Notes: a model not told the origin generated them from the letters alone. 62,600 bases of DNA, filler included, from Fonticula-like sp. SCN 57-25 (GCA_001724245.1; 12 parts of 12 records of this genome joined end to end with filler, not necessarily neighbours in it); one strand, 5' to 3'; counted from the first letter of the whole stretch, positions 49,840 to 61,627 are shown. Translations and numbers: made by a program.

Positions 49840-50366
49840 TCAACAAGAGTTGACAAACTCTCTACGGGATCTCTTACAATCGCGTGTTTCGGTTGATTTG
49901 ATTCAATTCAATTCAATTTCCTTTTGTTTTGGAACTTGTGTTATTCAGCGTAGAAAAACTCGTTTTATGCTAGGTTCAACTGATCATGAACCTGATACCT
50001 ATTGTAACACAGCAGAAAGTGTTCATGGGTACTGATTTACGAAAGATAAAGAACTACGAGGAATCAACAAGATAAAACACTTGTCCAAGTAGATTAGGCA
50101 CAAGGAATTTTGGGGTTCCCTTCTGGATTCTCTTTCAAACGCAATCCAAATCAGTAGATCTAACCATCATTGTTTATTTTGTAGGTAATTGCTAATTACC
50201 TTCCAATTGCTTTGATAGTTTGGGTTGTGGATAAGTACAATTGTGGTAGCTGTTCTACCAAACCTTATGCAAGAGTAATCAATTTGGTTGAAGTTTGTTG
50301 GAAAATTGATTCTCAGTTTGCTCCCAAATTGCGAAAATGAAAAATTAAGTAGTGTTGGAATTCGTT

Positions 50367-51986
50367 TCAGAACGGCCTAAAGATATTTGGTTTCTCTTTC
50401 AATGGAGAAACAAGTGGCGGAGATTCAGCTTCATAATTACTAGCAGTGATAAAGGTGGAGCTACTTTGAGAAGCAACTCCAACTGCACTATTACTGACAG
50501 GTTGGAATTCGTCAAAATCGTCTGTGAAGTGTTCTTCGCCCACTGTACTCTGTATTTGTTTGTTTGGGGTGATGGGTGGAGTTTGTTGTTTAGATGAGCG
50601 ACTCTTTGGTGAACTCTTTGTTGATAAAGAGCTCACACTTTTCCTTTGGTTATTCGTTGGTTTCTTCTGTGAAGTAGTAGGTGGCTGATTCTCATCCTTA
50701 TTTCTTGTTGCTTTGTTGTGTAATGGTTTCCCAATGTTCACTTGGTCATTCTGCTGCTGCTGTTTCTTCATCTCGGTTTGAATGGAACTGACCTCTGCCT
50801 TCATCTTTTTGAGTGCAGCTTGTTTTGACTTTGTCTCCACATCAATTCTCTTCTTTAAATCATTTATCAATGTATCTTTTTCGTCAATCTCTTGCTTCAA
50901 CTTATTCAACAATGCAATATTATCCAGATTCAAATTAACACTCTTGAGTGCCTGTTCGTATTTGTCGCATCGATGTAACGATTTCATAACCTTATCATTG
51001 CTTTTGTCCAATTCCAGTTTCATCTCAATCAATTTTTCTTTATTTTGTTGATACCGCGTTTTGAGTGACCTGTAATCAGCGGAAATTTGATCAATCGTTT
51101 TATCTTGACCCACATTCATCTTTTCTAAGGACTTAGCTTGTTCTCTTACAGTGTTACGAAGAGAGATATTTTCAGCTTGAACCTGATCGACTTCTCTCTT
51201 CTTCTCTTTGAGTAAATTTTCGAGAGTAACAATCTTGTCGATGTTGTTTGACATATACAATTGCCGTTTGAGTTGTTCATTTTGTTTTTTTAGTGAATCA
51301 ATTTGTTTCTGCACACTCTTTTCTTTATCATTAACTGGTTGTCGTTTTGGTATACCAGCTTTACTAGCTACTTTTACACCTTTGGAATATAATTGCTGGT
51401 CTACCAATTTGTTGAGCTCCATTAGTTGATCCTTCAACACAGAATTCGCTTTCTTCAGCTTTTCTATTTGCTCCTTGTCACTTTGAGAATAATGATTCAG
51501 AGGGCCGTCGTTATTATCCACTGGATGTTTATGCAAATAAGTGTCAAAAGAGATCTCTGTAATTTGAGGAGAATGATGATTGTGCACAGAAACCAGTTCG
51601 CTCTGATTAAAATTTTGTTGCTCATTTTGTTGATACTGATCGAAAAGTTCTTGCTGAGAGTGGTTTTGGTTCACACTTGCGGTATCTCCTTGTTCAACAG
51701 GCTGTTCATCTTGGAGACCCTCGTGATAGAAATCATGTATCTTGTGGGCCTCATCCTGTTGGGAATTGTGATCCACGTGTCCAAACTCTTCCTCTTGGAA
51801 GGGAGTTCCTAATGCGTCATCTCGCCTCTCTTCAAGCTCATTGTACGAATAGAACCCCTCATCGTACTCTTGCTCTGCGTCTGGTTCAACCTGCTGAAAT
51901 CTATATTTGTTCTCTTGGTTGGATTCTCCCTGGGCGAACATTTTGGGGTCCTCTGTATAATCGTCAAATACATCATCGCTGTCCAT
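50367..51986 (-). CDS. Intronless coiled-coil protein with acidic N-terminus; function unknown
   Basis: Long AT-rich ORF with K/E/Q heptad pattern; first ATG (MDSDDVF) at 51986. Confidence 0.75.
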   Translation of the reverse strand: MDSDDVFDDYTEDPKMFAQGESNQENKYRFQQVEPDAEQEYDEGFYSYNELEERRDDALGTPFQEEEFGHVDHNSQQDEAHKIHDFYHEGLQDEQPVEQGDTASVNQNHSQQELFDQYQQNEQQNFNQSELVSVHNHHSPQITEISFDTYLHKHPVDNNDGPLNHYSQSDKEQIEKLKKANSVLKDQLMELNKLVDQQLYSKGVKVASKAGIPKRQPVNDKEKSVQKQIDSLKKQNEQLKRQLYMSNNIDKIVTLENLLKEKKREVDQVQAENISLRNTVREQAKSLEKMNVGQDKTIDQISADYRSLKTRYQQNKEKLIEMKLELDKSNDKVMKSLHRCDKYEQALKSVNLNLDNIALLNKLKQEIDEKDTLINDLKKRIDVETKSKQAALKKMKAEVSSIQTEMKKQQQQNDQVNIGKPLHNKATRNKDENQPPTTSQKKPTNNQRKSVSSLSTKSSPKSRSSKQQTPPITPNKQIQSTVGEEHFTDDFDEFQPVSNSAVGVASQSSSTFITASNYEAESPPLVSPLKEKPNIFRPF

Positions 51987-52226
51987 TTCCTTGGTTGTGA
52001 AGGTTGTTGGCGCCAACAAAAACAAACAAACAGTAGGTTCAGGTACTGGTTTTGGCGCCAACTAGGACAGAAAATTGGGAAAAGTTGGTTCACTGTGAAA
52101 CTGTGTTCCCAGGCAGCACCAAAGTGTTTGTGAAGAAAACAAACCACACCTGCCAAGTAAGGAAATTGCAAAAAGAAAACAACATCTGTTTATTTTACAC
52201 TCCGTGCATAACTGCAGAACCAATTG

Positions 52227-52390
52227 TTAGTTATTTACAACATTGTTCTTCAAAATAATGTCCTTAACGTTGTCAAAGACGTTCTTAATGTTGTCAGTGT
52301 CAGTTGCGCAGGTGACGTGACAGTAAATGGTTTTTCCGTCCTCACGATTGAGAGCCAAGAAGGTCTGCTTGATGTACTTGAGTGCATTGT
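52227..52390 (-). CDS. 3' end of a heterotrimeric G-protein alpha subunit
   Basis: [39 protein letters not shown] contains the G5 TCAT motif. Not in ORF track. Confidence 0.93.
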
Positions 52391-52490
52391 NNNNNNNNNN
52401 NNNNNNNNNNNNNNNNNNNNNNNNNNNNNNNNNNTTAATTAATTAANNNNNNNNNNNNNNNNNNNNNNNNNNNNNNNNNNNNNNNNNNNN

Positions 52491-53414
52491 CCCGTCATAT
52501 GCCTTGCCATTGAGTGTTGCGCTCGACTCGCCGCCCGCGACGCGCACGCGAATAAACGGCGGCGGTTCCCAAAAAGGCCCCAAGTCGGCAACCCCAAAGC
52601 CAATCATATTCGAGTACGCGGCCGCCATACTCTCTTCTGACCGCTTGAGGCGCATGAGGACGGCCGCGATGGCCGCCACGATGACGCACGCGGCGAGCAC
52701 AATGCTCGTCGTGAGGATGACTGGGCCGGGGGCCGAGCGGCGAACGTCGGGCTCGTACTGTGGCGAAGCAGAGACGACGGCGCGCGCGGTCGTGTTGCCG
52801 GGCGTCGATACGTGCAAAAGAAGCATGCCCGACGAGAGGCGGTCAATTGAGACGCGCGCGTAGTTGACGATCGACGAGTAGTGCGATGTGCCGAGCCAAG
52901 TAAAGCCGGTTGCGCCTTGGAGATCAGTAAAAGTGATATTGGGAGAGGCGAGCCATGCGGTGCTGTTGAGTAAAACGGCCGACAGCTCAACGGGAACCTA
53001 AAGTGCGTTAGCAAGAGTAGTGTGATGCTAACGGTGTACGATTGAGGAGACGGTAAAGATGACCGACGTGGACGCGTTGTGCACCATCGACATGTCAAAC
53101 AAGGCGAATACATCCCGTCGACCAAGGGATACGCTAAAGTTGCTTGCGGCATCCAGCACGGCAACGGCCCAGTCGGCGCAAAAGGCGCGGTTGGGCGAGA
53201 GCATTGGAGGGCAGCTCGCCGACGTCCCATTCGTCTCTGGCAACGGGGCACACGCGCCATCAACGGGGCAGTACCCGCACATTGACGAAGCCGACGTGCA
53301 CGCCGCGCATGACCACTCGGCCGCACCGCATGTCTCGCTATCTGATGACGCCACCGCGGCTATAAGCGCGCCCAGCAATAAAAAGATAAAAACAGGCCGC
53401 GTCGGGGCTGCCAT
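52491..53414 (-). CDS. Type I membrane protein with PSI-like Cys-rich domain; 3' truncated
   Basis: Signal peptide, C..SCAAC..CGYC..GAC, and a later TM helix followed by RLKR. Confidence 0.6.
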
Positions 53415-53525
53415 GGCGCGCGGACGGGGCACGGGGGCGGTAAACAAGCAAGGCAAACGCTGACCAGTTCTCATCCACGTGGCCGTTCCGGTATAACGAT
53501 TTCCCGCCAAACGCGCGTCGAAAGG

Positions 53526-54693
53526 ATGTCGGCGGCGCTGTTGGCGGCGTGCGTGCAGGCCAAGCTCGGCGAGCTGCCGCACAGCCTCGGCTCGAACAAT
53601 GCAATGTTTCTAGAGTATGTGATGACGATGCTGGCGAACGGAAAGGGGCCGGATGATGTGTCCAGCAAGCTCGATGTGTTCCTTGGCGGGAGCGCGGCCG
53701 AATTTAGCGAGTGGTACGCGCGGGCGCCAACATCTTTCGCGGACCTGAATTTTGGCGCTCTTTCTTTACAGGCTGTTTTCTACAAAGGCTCACCTTGACG
53801 CGGGCGAGTTTTTCGCCGTGGCGCGGACGATGCGCCAGCCACCCGCCCTTCTCCTCGATCGCGGGGCCGACCTTACCATCGAGCCAAAAATCGAGCCCAC
53901 GGTGATCATCAAGCTCGAAGACGCCCTTGATCTATCTCACTCGTCGCCCGCGCCGGCCGCGCGCTCTTCGTCGCGCTCGGCTGCGGCGGACGAGTCGCCC
54001 GGCCAGCGCATCCTCTCGTCGATCCTTCGTCCGACGCCCAAGAAGACACGTCGGCAGCGCCGTCATCACGACATTGACATGGACGCCCACTCCAATATCA
54101 AGGACGAAGAGGAGGAAGAAGAGGACGTGCTCGGTCACCGTACGCCGCAGCAGCAGCGCCGGTCGCGTTCCGAGCGGTTCGGCCGCGCCGCCCGCGAGCT
54201 GATCACCCCTGGCCGCTCGCCCATCTTTGCGCGCCTGGCGCCCGTGCAGTCGCCGCTCGCGGCCATCCAGAATCAGCGCCTGCGCGCGTCTGCGCCGGGC
54301 CGCGCGGCCGCCAAGCGCTGCAAATTTTTTCCGCAGTGCGCGCGGTTAGACTGCCCTTACAGCCACCCATACATCGTCTGCAGGTGCGAAATTGTGACTT
54401 TTTGTTGCTTTTTGCGGCTTTTTTTCGGCTCTTTTTGAGACTTTTCGCTCCACTTTTACTGACTTTACACTCTAAGGTTCTTTCCTGCGTGCACGAGCGG
54501 CGAGCAGTGCCCTTTCGTTCACCCCGACGCCGACGGCGTGTACCAGAACGCGCCTCCGCCAATGGCGCGCATCAATGCGCCGTGCTGGTTTGGTGAGACG
54601 TGCCTGCGGCCCGACTGCAAGTTTGTGCACGAGACAGACATTATCCACCGCGCCACGGCGGTGCAGGCGGCGCGCGGGACGAACGGCGAGTAA
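53526..54693 (+). CDS. PWI-like N-terminal domain plus CCCH zinc fingers (Nab2/ZC3H14-like RNA-binding protein)
   Basis: EYVMTMLANGK..VSSKLDVFLG..AEFSEW. Fingers CKFFPQC...CPYSHP, CRFFPAC...CPFVHP, CWFGETC.RPDCKFVH. Confidence 0.8.
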
Positions 54694-54861
54694 AGTGATA
54701 TACGATTAATCAAGTATATTTGAATATTTATCATTGTATTATGCACTGCTAATGAAATTCGGCCATGATTTTCGAAGCAATAATGAATTTTACTTGCTCA
54801 AATTGAGAAAAAGTATTATTTGTTACACATAATTATCATAAAGAAAGTGTAGCCAACATTC

Positions 54862-55779
54862 CTACTCGGCCTTGTTGGCGTCCTCTTCGGCCTCGATTCT
54901 TTCCTTCTTTGCCCTCTTTTCCGCCTTTACCAGCAATTCCTCGTCGATCACCTTCACAGCGAGGTGCGCCGCCGCCGCCTGCATGAGCCCGTAAAGGCAA
55001 AAACTAATGACGGGCATGTCGATGACGAGCGCGAGCGGCAGCGTAAAGCCGCACAGCAGCATCCAGTGCTTCTTGTACATTGTGCGGTAGTCGCTAAAAG
55101 CGGGCTTGAGCCGCGCAAAGGCGGGCTCGAGCAGCTCGCGGAGCAGCGAGTGCGCGAGGCCAAAGTACTGCAGCATGGGCGTGAGCAGCACGGGGAAGAA
55201 AAAGGAAAGCGCGACGAGCGCGATCACGGTGCGCTTGGGGAACCAACGGTAGAGAAGAAGGGCGTTGGCAACGTACGGCGCGAGCGATCCCAGCAGAAGC
55301 ATCCGCGCCAGTACGTACAGGCACGCGTACGCGGCGTAGCGGAGGTAGCGCTTCACGAGAGCGCGGAGGTTCTCGCCAAAGGACCGCGATGGCAGCGCAG
55401 TGATGCGCTCCGCCATGGTGTGATCGACGATGCGAAGGCTGTCGAGAAAGAGGCGCTCGAGCACATCCCACCAGACAGTCTGCAGCAGAAAGAGCGCAAA
55501 AACAGACGACATGAGGATGGCGGACCGCGCGTGGTCGTCAAAGTTGTGGTCGATCTCGTCGATGCCGCCGCCGCCGCCCCAAAAGAGCTGCAGGAACAGC
55601 TGGCCAATGATGCGCCCGATGGCCTCTACCACTGCCCACGACATGAACAGGGATATCGACACGGCGCCGATCACCACGAGGCGCGCGAGCGACTGCTGGT
55701 ACGTCGAGAATACCTGCGGCGACCGCAGCGCCGTAAGGACGCCCCGCTGGGCGACCATGACGCCTTCGAGGACCTCCAT
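54862..55779 (-). CDS. Multi-pass membrane protein (possibly EI24/UsgS-like)
   Basis: 305-aa ORF with about 5-6 hydrophobic helices; family is tentative. Confidence 0.65.
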   Translation of the reverse strand: MEVLEGVMVAQRGVLTALRSPQVFSTYQQSLARLVVIGAVSISLFMSWAVVEAIGRIIGQLFLQLFWGGGGGIDEIDHNFDDHARSAILMSSVFALFLLQTVWWDVLERLFLDSLRIVDHTMAERITALPSRSFGENLRALVKRYLRYAAYACLYVLARMLLLGSLAPYVANALLLYRWFPKRTVIALVALSFFFPVLLTPMLQYFGLAHSLLRELLEPAFARLKPAFSDYRTMYKKHWMLLCGFTLPLALVIDMPVISFCLYGLMQAAAAHLAVKVIDEELLVKAEKRAKKERIEAEEDANKAE

Positions 55780-55966
55780 GGTGGCGGCTCCCGCGGGAAA
55801 AACAATGATGTGTCAGCGTTTGTCTTTTGATTGGATGAGATTTGCCTAACCGGGAACAGCGTGTGTCAGCATATCCATATTGATTGGTCCACACAAATCG
55901 TTGCTCAGTCACCAGTCACTCCTTGCCAGCCGCGGCCAGCTGAATCGAGCGCCCGCGGCCCGCAAC

Positions 55967-57190
55967 ATGAACAACCCCAGTGGTGAAGAGTGTGTGGCGT
56001 CGAGCCCAAGTGGACACGCCCCAGTAAGAGTGTCTGAGCCGGGAATCCAATTTTATGGAGAGCAGTTTCATCGCGCTATTAGCGTCGCACTTTTCCCCTG
56101 CAAAGTGAGCTTGGACAACGCGACGCATCCCCTGCAAAAGCACCTTGAACGCTTCAAAAACAAGAAGAACTCCGAGGAGCGGGAGGGCAACTGCACGGAG
56201 AAGATGGAATTTTTTAAAAGGGTGGAGGAGGCGCGCAACAATCTCTTTGCTTTACTCGGACTGCAGGAAGAGCAGCGTGAATTGGAGAATCGCGAGACGC
56301 ACAACGAGGAGTCAAAGATCGACAAGGAGAAAGAGAAATGCCAGCTTAAAAACAAGATAGAGCAATTGAAGAAGAAGTACCCACAGCAACTTGAAATCCA
56401 AGAACTGGAGAAAGCTCAACGTTTGATGAGCGCGTTCCCGACCTTTCTGAAAGACTACCACAACGGACTAGCCACGGGCCACTTATTTGCACAAACGCAT
56501 GCGCTCGCTGGCTCGGAAAAACGATTGCTTGCCAAGTTTGTGCGCGAATGTTTGCTGTACGACGCGGGTCTGAGAAACCTTAATCAGAGGGCGAAGCGTG
56601 ACACGGCGAGTGAGAAGACGATTGCTTTTTTGATTCGCCAAGGAAAGCCCGACAAAGCTCATGAAAACACGACTGACCTGCACATCAAAGCTTTCCTCGA
56701 GCAGGCCGACCTTCAGAACGGCAAAATTATCTTGTTTGGTGATAATTATCGACCTGATACTACGCTATCACCGGAACGTTTGGAGGAGCGCTGCAAGTTG
56801 GCGCGGCAACTTGAAGAACTAAAGGGCCACATTAGCCATGATTACACTGAACATGGACTTGGGCGCAACCTAAAAATAGATGAACAAGCCATCAAGGACC
56901 TTTTAGGGGATAGGATAGGCTTGTATCTTGAAGAAGGATGGGAAAAGGTTTTTGAAAAGATGACGTCGTACCAGCGATGCTTCCTCTGTTGGACTATTAT
57001 CTGCTCGTTTTGCAACATCACAGATGTGTATGGCGTGCTGTCAGGAGGGCTTCACGCAATCAACCTCGTTGATGGCGTTACAGTACATTGCTGGTTTAAA
57101 GGCTTGACTATTAACGAAAACGACATCTTTCGCCACAAGGAATATCAGTGGGCGCTAAACTTGCAGGGAAAATGTTACACATTGAAATGA
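55967..57190 (+). CDS. Intronless orphan protein with N-terminal coiled coil
   Basis: Uninterrupted ORF of about 400 codons, lower GC than its neighbours; no family recognised. Confidence 0.65.
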   Translation: MNNPSGEECVASSPSGHAPVRVSEPGIQFYGEQFHRAISVALFPCKVSLDNATHPLQKHLERFKNKKNSEEREGNCTEKMEFFKRVEEARNNLFALLGLQEEQRELENRETHNEESKIDKEKEKCQLKNKIEQLKKKYPQQLEIQELEKAQRLMSAFPTFLKDYHNGLATGHLFAQTHALAGSEKRLLAKFVRECLLYDAGLRNLNQRAKRDTASEKTIAFLIRQGKPDKAHENTTDLHIKAFLEQADLQNGKIILFGDNYRPDTTLSPERLEERCKLARQLEELKGHISHDYTEHGLGRNLKIDEQAIKDLLGDRIGLYLEEGWEKVFEKMTSYQRCFLCWTIICSFCNITDVYGVLSGGLHAINLVDGVTVHCWFKGLTINENDIFRHKEYQWALNLQGKCYTLK

Positions 57191-57595
57191 AAAGGAAGGC
57201 GATGTTGTATTGCGGTAAATTGTCTCTGCTGTTTGGTTTAAATTGACTGTAAATGCTCTAATGTAAAATTGTCTTATATATTGGGAGAAATCAAAGACCA
57301 GGACAGTTACGCTCAAATGTCTAGTTTCAGTGCCCTTGTCTGATTTTCTTCTTTTCATACTCGCCCTTTTATCCCCAAAAAATAACCTCTTTTCCTTGAC
57401 AAAAAAGCTCAAATGTCTATTGGCAGCGCACTTTCGACTGCTTTCCGCGGTGGAATGAATGCTTCGCGCTCCCCTCTACAAAACCTCTGTGTCATNNNNN
57501 NNNNNNNNNNNNNNNNNNNNNNNNNNNNNNNNNNNNNNNTTAATTAATTAANNNNNNNNNNNNNNNNNNNNNNNNNNNNNNNNNNNNNNNNNNNN

Positions 57596-59169
57596 GGAGG
57601 TGAGCAGGTTGGACTCGAGCTTTTCAAAGCCAAACGACTGGATAAGCGTCGGAAGGTAGAACGAAATCGCATACGTCGGCGTCACTAAAGCAGAAGAGGT
57701 TAAAAAGAGAAATGAATCGAAAATGTACTTGAATCAATGTACAATGGTAGGCAAAAGGGTGAAAAAGAACGATAAAGAAACGAAATACCATACAACAAAC
57801 ACTCGGAAAACACAATAAATAGCCATGAAACAGCGACAAAACAGCGATAAAACAGCGACAAAAAAACAAAAATCATTCTAAAACATCAATTTACACCAAA
57901 AACAATCACCTTCTTCTCCTCCCCATTCATCTCAGCGTACCGACACAAAAAAGCATGACGGCAAACCCCCACACCTTCACCGACAGGAACGTATCCTTAA
58001 TAGCCGCCATATCAATCTTTGAGTGATTCCCAGTATTCTGCATATGCGTCAGACGCGACGTGGCAAACGCGCGCTCCTGCGGCGTGAGCCACTTTGCCGT
58101 CGCGGCAAAGTCCGGCAGCATGAACCACGTGAGCACGCCAAACAAGACCGACGGAATTCCCTCAATCAAAAAGAGCCACTGCCACGCTTCGAACGGCTCG
58201 ACGTTTTCCATCTGCAGGATGCCGTATGCGAGGAGGCCGCCAAAGGCGCCGGCGAGGGCAGAGGAGCAGTAAAAGAGCGCGATGCGCAGGCCTTGCTCGC
58301 TGCGCTGGTACCAAAAGGTGAGGTAAAAGACGATGCCGGGGAAGAAGCCGGCTTCGGCAATGCCGAGGAAGAGGCGGACGAGGAGGAGGTGGTAGTACTC
58401 GGAGATGACCACCATGCAGCAGGAGCAGATGCCCCACGCGATCACAATGCATCCGATCCTAGTGCAAACAGTCTGTCAGAGGGGGTAAAGTGATCGCGGT
58501 AAAATGGGGAATGGCGAATCTGGCGAGAAAGTATGCAATGGGGCATCACGCAATACAATCATAAAAGCACAATAGTATCCAAAGAAGCAAAGCAGACAGG
58601 CAATGCTGCACGAAAAGCAGGCGTACCACACGCGCGGGGGGACCTTTTTGAGGACGAGGTTGGAGGGGATCTCAAAGAGAATGTAGCCAATGTAAAAGAT
58701 GCCGACCGCCATACTGTACTGGATGGCGGTGAGGCCAAGCGCCTCCTGAAGATCCTGCTTCACATTACCTAGCACGGCGCCGATCAGATCCCGCTCTGCA
58801 TCCCGCGCGGACGCGCTGGTCCACGCGTGCAAAAGCAAGCGTACTAATGTTGCTGCGATCGAGGAACGAAAGCAGGTACAGCCACGAGACAAACGGCAAG
58901 ATCTTCCAGTCTAACGCCCCAGTTAGCCACAACAGCTCACAAGCCGCCACGCGCACCGATCTTGCGGACCAAAGCCGCCTCATCGACCTTGCTTTTGTCC
59001 GCCATGTTTGGAGCCCCTGCACACGCCGCGGCAAACTGTTGTGGACTCAGGGGTGGATTTGGGGGCAGACTTTTCAACCAATCAAAAAAATCAGACATTC
59101 GATGTCATCAATGTCAGCAAACAGTCCAGCATCGTCGTAGTCCGGCTTTTCCTCTACGCCAGGCGCCAT
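57596..59169 (-). CDS. MFS anion:cation symporter (allantoate/Tna1-like permease); multi-exon, 3' truncated
   Basis: LDWKILP..YLLSFLDRSNI, FYIGYILFEIPSNL, RLFLGIAEAGFFPG, WY.RSE..RIA.FY, AWQWLFLIEG. Confidence 0.92.
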
Positions 59170-59359
59170 GGCGACCATACGTGTGGAGTGGAAGCTGAAA
59201 GGAACATGTGATGGTAGTCTTTTTCCAGCCGACTCGACATGGGCGCATGTCCGCAGGTATATTAACAGCAGTTTTGGCGACGAAGAAAAGCCCGGCACCA
59301 ACAACATCCGCGTACGCATTTTTCGTGCGCGATTTGGCCGTTGACTGACATTTTCGGGC

Positions 59360-61233
59360 GCGAAAAGCTTGTCCTTCATACCACTGGTGAATTGGACGAA
59401 GACGTGTCTAGCAACCAGGACGTTGACTATTGTGAAGAAATATTCGAGACTTTAGCCAGGAGCGATCTCAAGACTGCTTTTCTGACGGTTACGATCAAGA
59501 CCGGTGATCTAAAGAGTACGTAGGTGCAAATCCTTTATCCGCCTTCTGACGACTAGGAACCAGACACTATTGAAAACCGCGAAAAAGAATATCAAGCCAT
59601 GGGGTTGAGGCTAATAGAATTATTTAATGCTATAACCCTGGAGCACGAAAAACACATGCATAAAAGCATGCTGAGGCATATTGAGTCCGTCTGCGAAGCC
59701 CGTTTTAACAACTCTGGTACGTTCATTTACTATTGCTAGCATTTTCTTACTGTTCTGTAGGCCATCGGACTTTGCGGACAGTGCCGCAGTCGTCCACCGA
59801 TCGGGAATCATTTTCGAAATCATTCAACACCTCTACCTCGAACCATGAAGACCGGTCCCTTTCTTCCGACGATGCCATTATGCTCGACCCCACTTTCTGG
59901 GGGTGGCCTAGGCAGCCCGACAACACTGTGACCTGCGATTGGACTTTGGAAGTCGAGGTCACGCTAGAGAAGGGCCTTTCTAGTCCGATAATCCTTTCGC
60001 TCCAATCTTTCCTTGGCGATTCTTATGAAATTCGTAACACGTCTGCCGAATACGGCAGCACGTTGTTTAAATCGAAACTACCCGATATGCTCGTTTACAA
60101 AAAGCCAGATGGACATGCCAATGCGGGATGGGAAAAAGTATTGGCTTCAGAGGACCCTTTGATTTTTATTGCTGACAAGAAGAAGAATTGTTATCGCAAG
60201 ATTAAAGCGAACGATATGCTGCTTGCGCATCTACTCTCTGCCAAGCAAGCAATGCCAAACAAACGCACATTAGGTATTCTCATTTTTTCCGACGTGGCCG
60301 TTGCGTATCAGTTTTTCGGTCCTTTGCTTGTGCGTGCGTATTTTCACTTTCAAGACGTGGATACGGCGGCTCAACGACTGTTTGAACTCATTCATCATGG
60401 CTTTCTGCTCGACGTGCCTGGTCCCGAATCGAGCCTTCGAATTGGCTCGTTTGGCATTGTTCAGTGCATGAAGGAGGGGGACATTTCCTATGCCCGCAAG
60501 GTTGGCTACAAGGGACCCAACCAACTTGAGCATGAGCGGGCGGTCCTCGAAGACCTCAGGGATCTAGGCCCCAATATCCCGCAACTATTCATGTCAAAGG
60601 TTTGTCTATATCTTTACAAGGATCTTTTGCTCACCTTTGTGTTAGAATGATGGGGTCGAAGCTCATGGCGCGACACGTGTATTTGCGCACCGCCTTGACA
60701 TCACGCCTTGGGGTGAGAAAGTTTGTTCGCAGCATTTGACCAACGATACTTTAAAGTCGCTTGTTCACACACTCAAGGCTGTTCACGAAAAGGGCTGGGT
60801 TCATTGTGATATCCGTCGTGCAAACATGGTTTTCGCAAACGGTCAAATTGTGCTGGTCGACTGGGGTTGTGCCGCCAAGATGGGAGAAGAGTCCGGGTGG
60901 GCTGGAAGCGTCGGGACGATCGACGCTGATACGTTCTCTGCGATGAGATCCAAGAAAGACGTCGTTCGCACTGCTGCCATTGACTTGCATTGTCTTTTGT
61001 GCACCTGTCTCCTGTTGAAATTGCCAGTGGAATTTCAGTATTACGTGTCTGTTCTGACGACTTCTGGCAATTTGCGAACATTGCTTGGTGGTCTCTGGGA
61101 AACAATTTTCTTTTTTACAAAAGCAAAAGACGCCGTGCAGTTTGCTTCAAAGGGTAATTACGACGAGCTATTGGCAGAACTCGAAAAACTTATCGCAGCC
61201 GACTATGGTTTTCTGCAGTTTTGGCAATTATGA
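59360..61233 (+). CDS. Crinkler-like protein: restriction-endonuclease-like domain plus C-terminal atypical kinase; multi-exon, start uncertain
   Basis: LPDMLVY..FIADKK (PD-(D/E)xK-like), IGSFGIV, ARK, EHER.VL, ITPWG, HCDIRRANMV, LVDWG. Introns near 59717-59760 and 60600-60646. Confidence 0.7.
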
Positions 61234-61627
61234 CTGAAAAATTTATTTGATACGTAGTGTCTATTTGGCCGGTAATGAGGAATGAATTTTGAGTGGTTCG
61301 AGAGTGTGGAAAATCAGTCAAAATTAATCAATATATGGATAGACGAACGAATAAAAAGTGTAGAAGTAGTGCTCAAATGACCGATAATGCGAATCAAACC
61401 TTAAAAGGGGAGTTTTACGGCGTAGTAATTTTTTAGAGAGCATCTGAGCAGTCGCACCGACTGATGAATAGACGAAAGTAATGAGGAGAAAGCAGTCGCT
61501 TGAGTGCATCGATCTGACTGTAGCTCGGAAAGGTCCTTGTCCGGGGTGGAGTCCGGAGTGTCACTATGTGGAGTCGGTGACTCGGTGCGAGTCCGTGCGA
61601 CGGTGCGCTCCCAGTGCGGTCGCCGCA

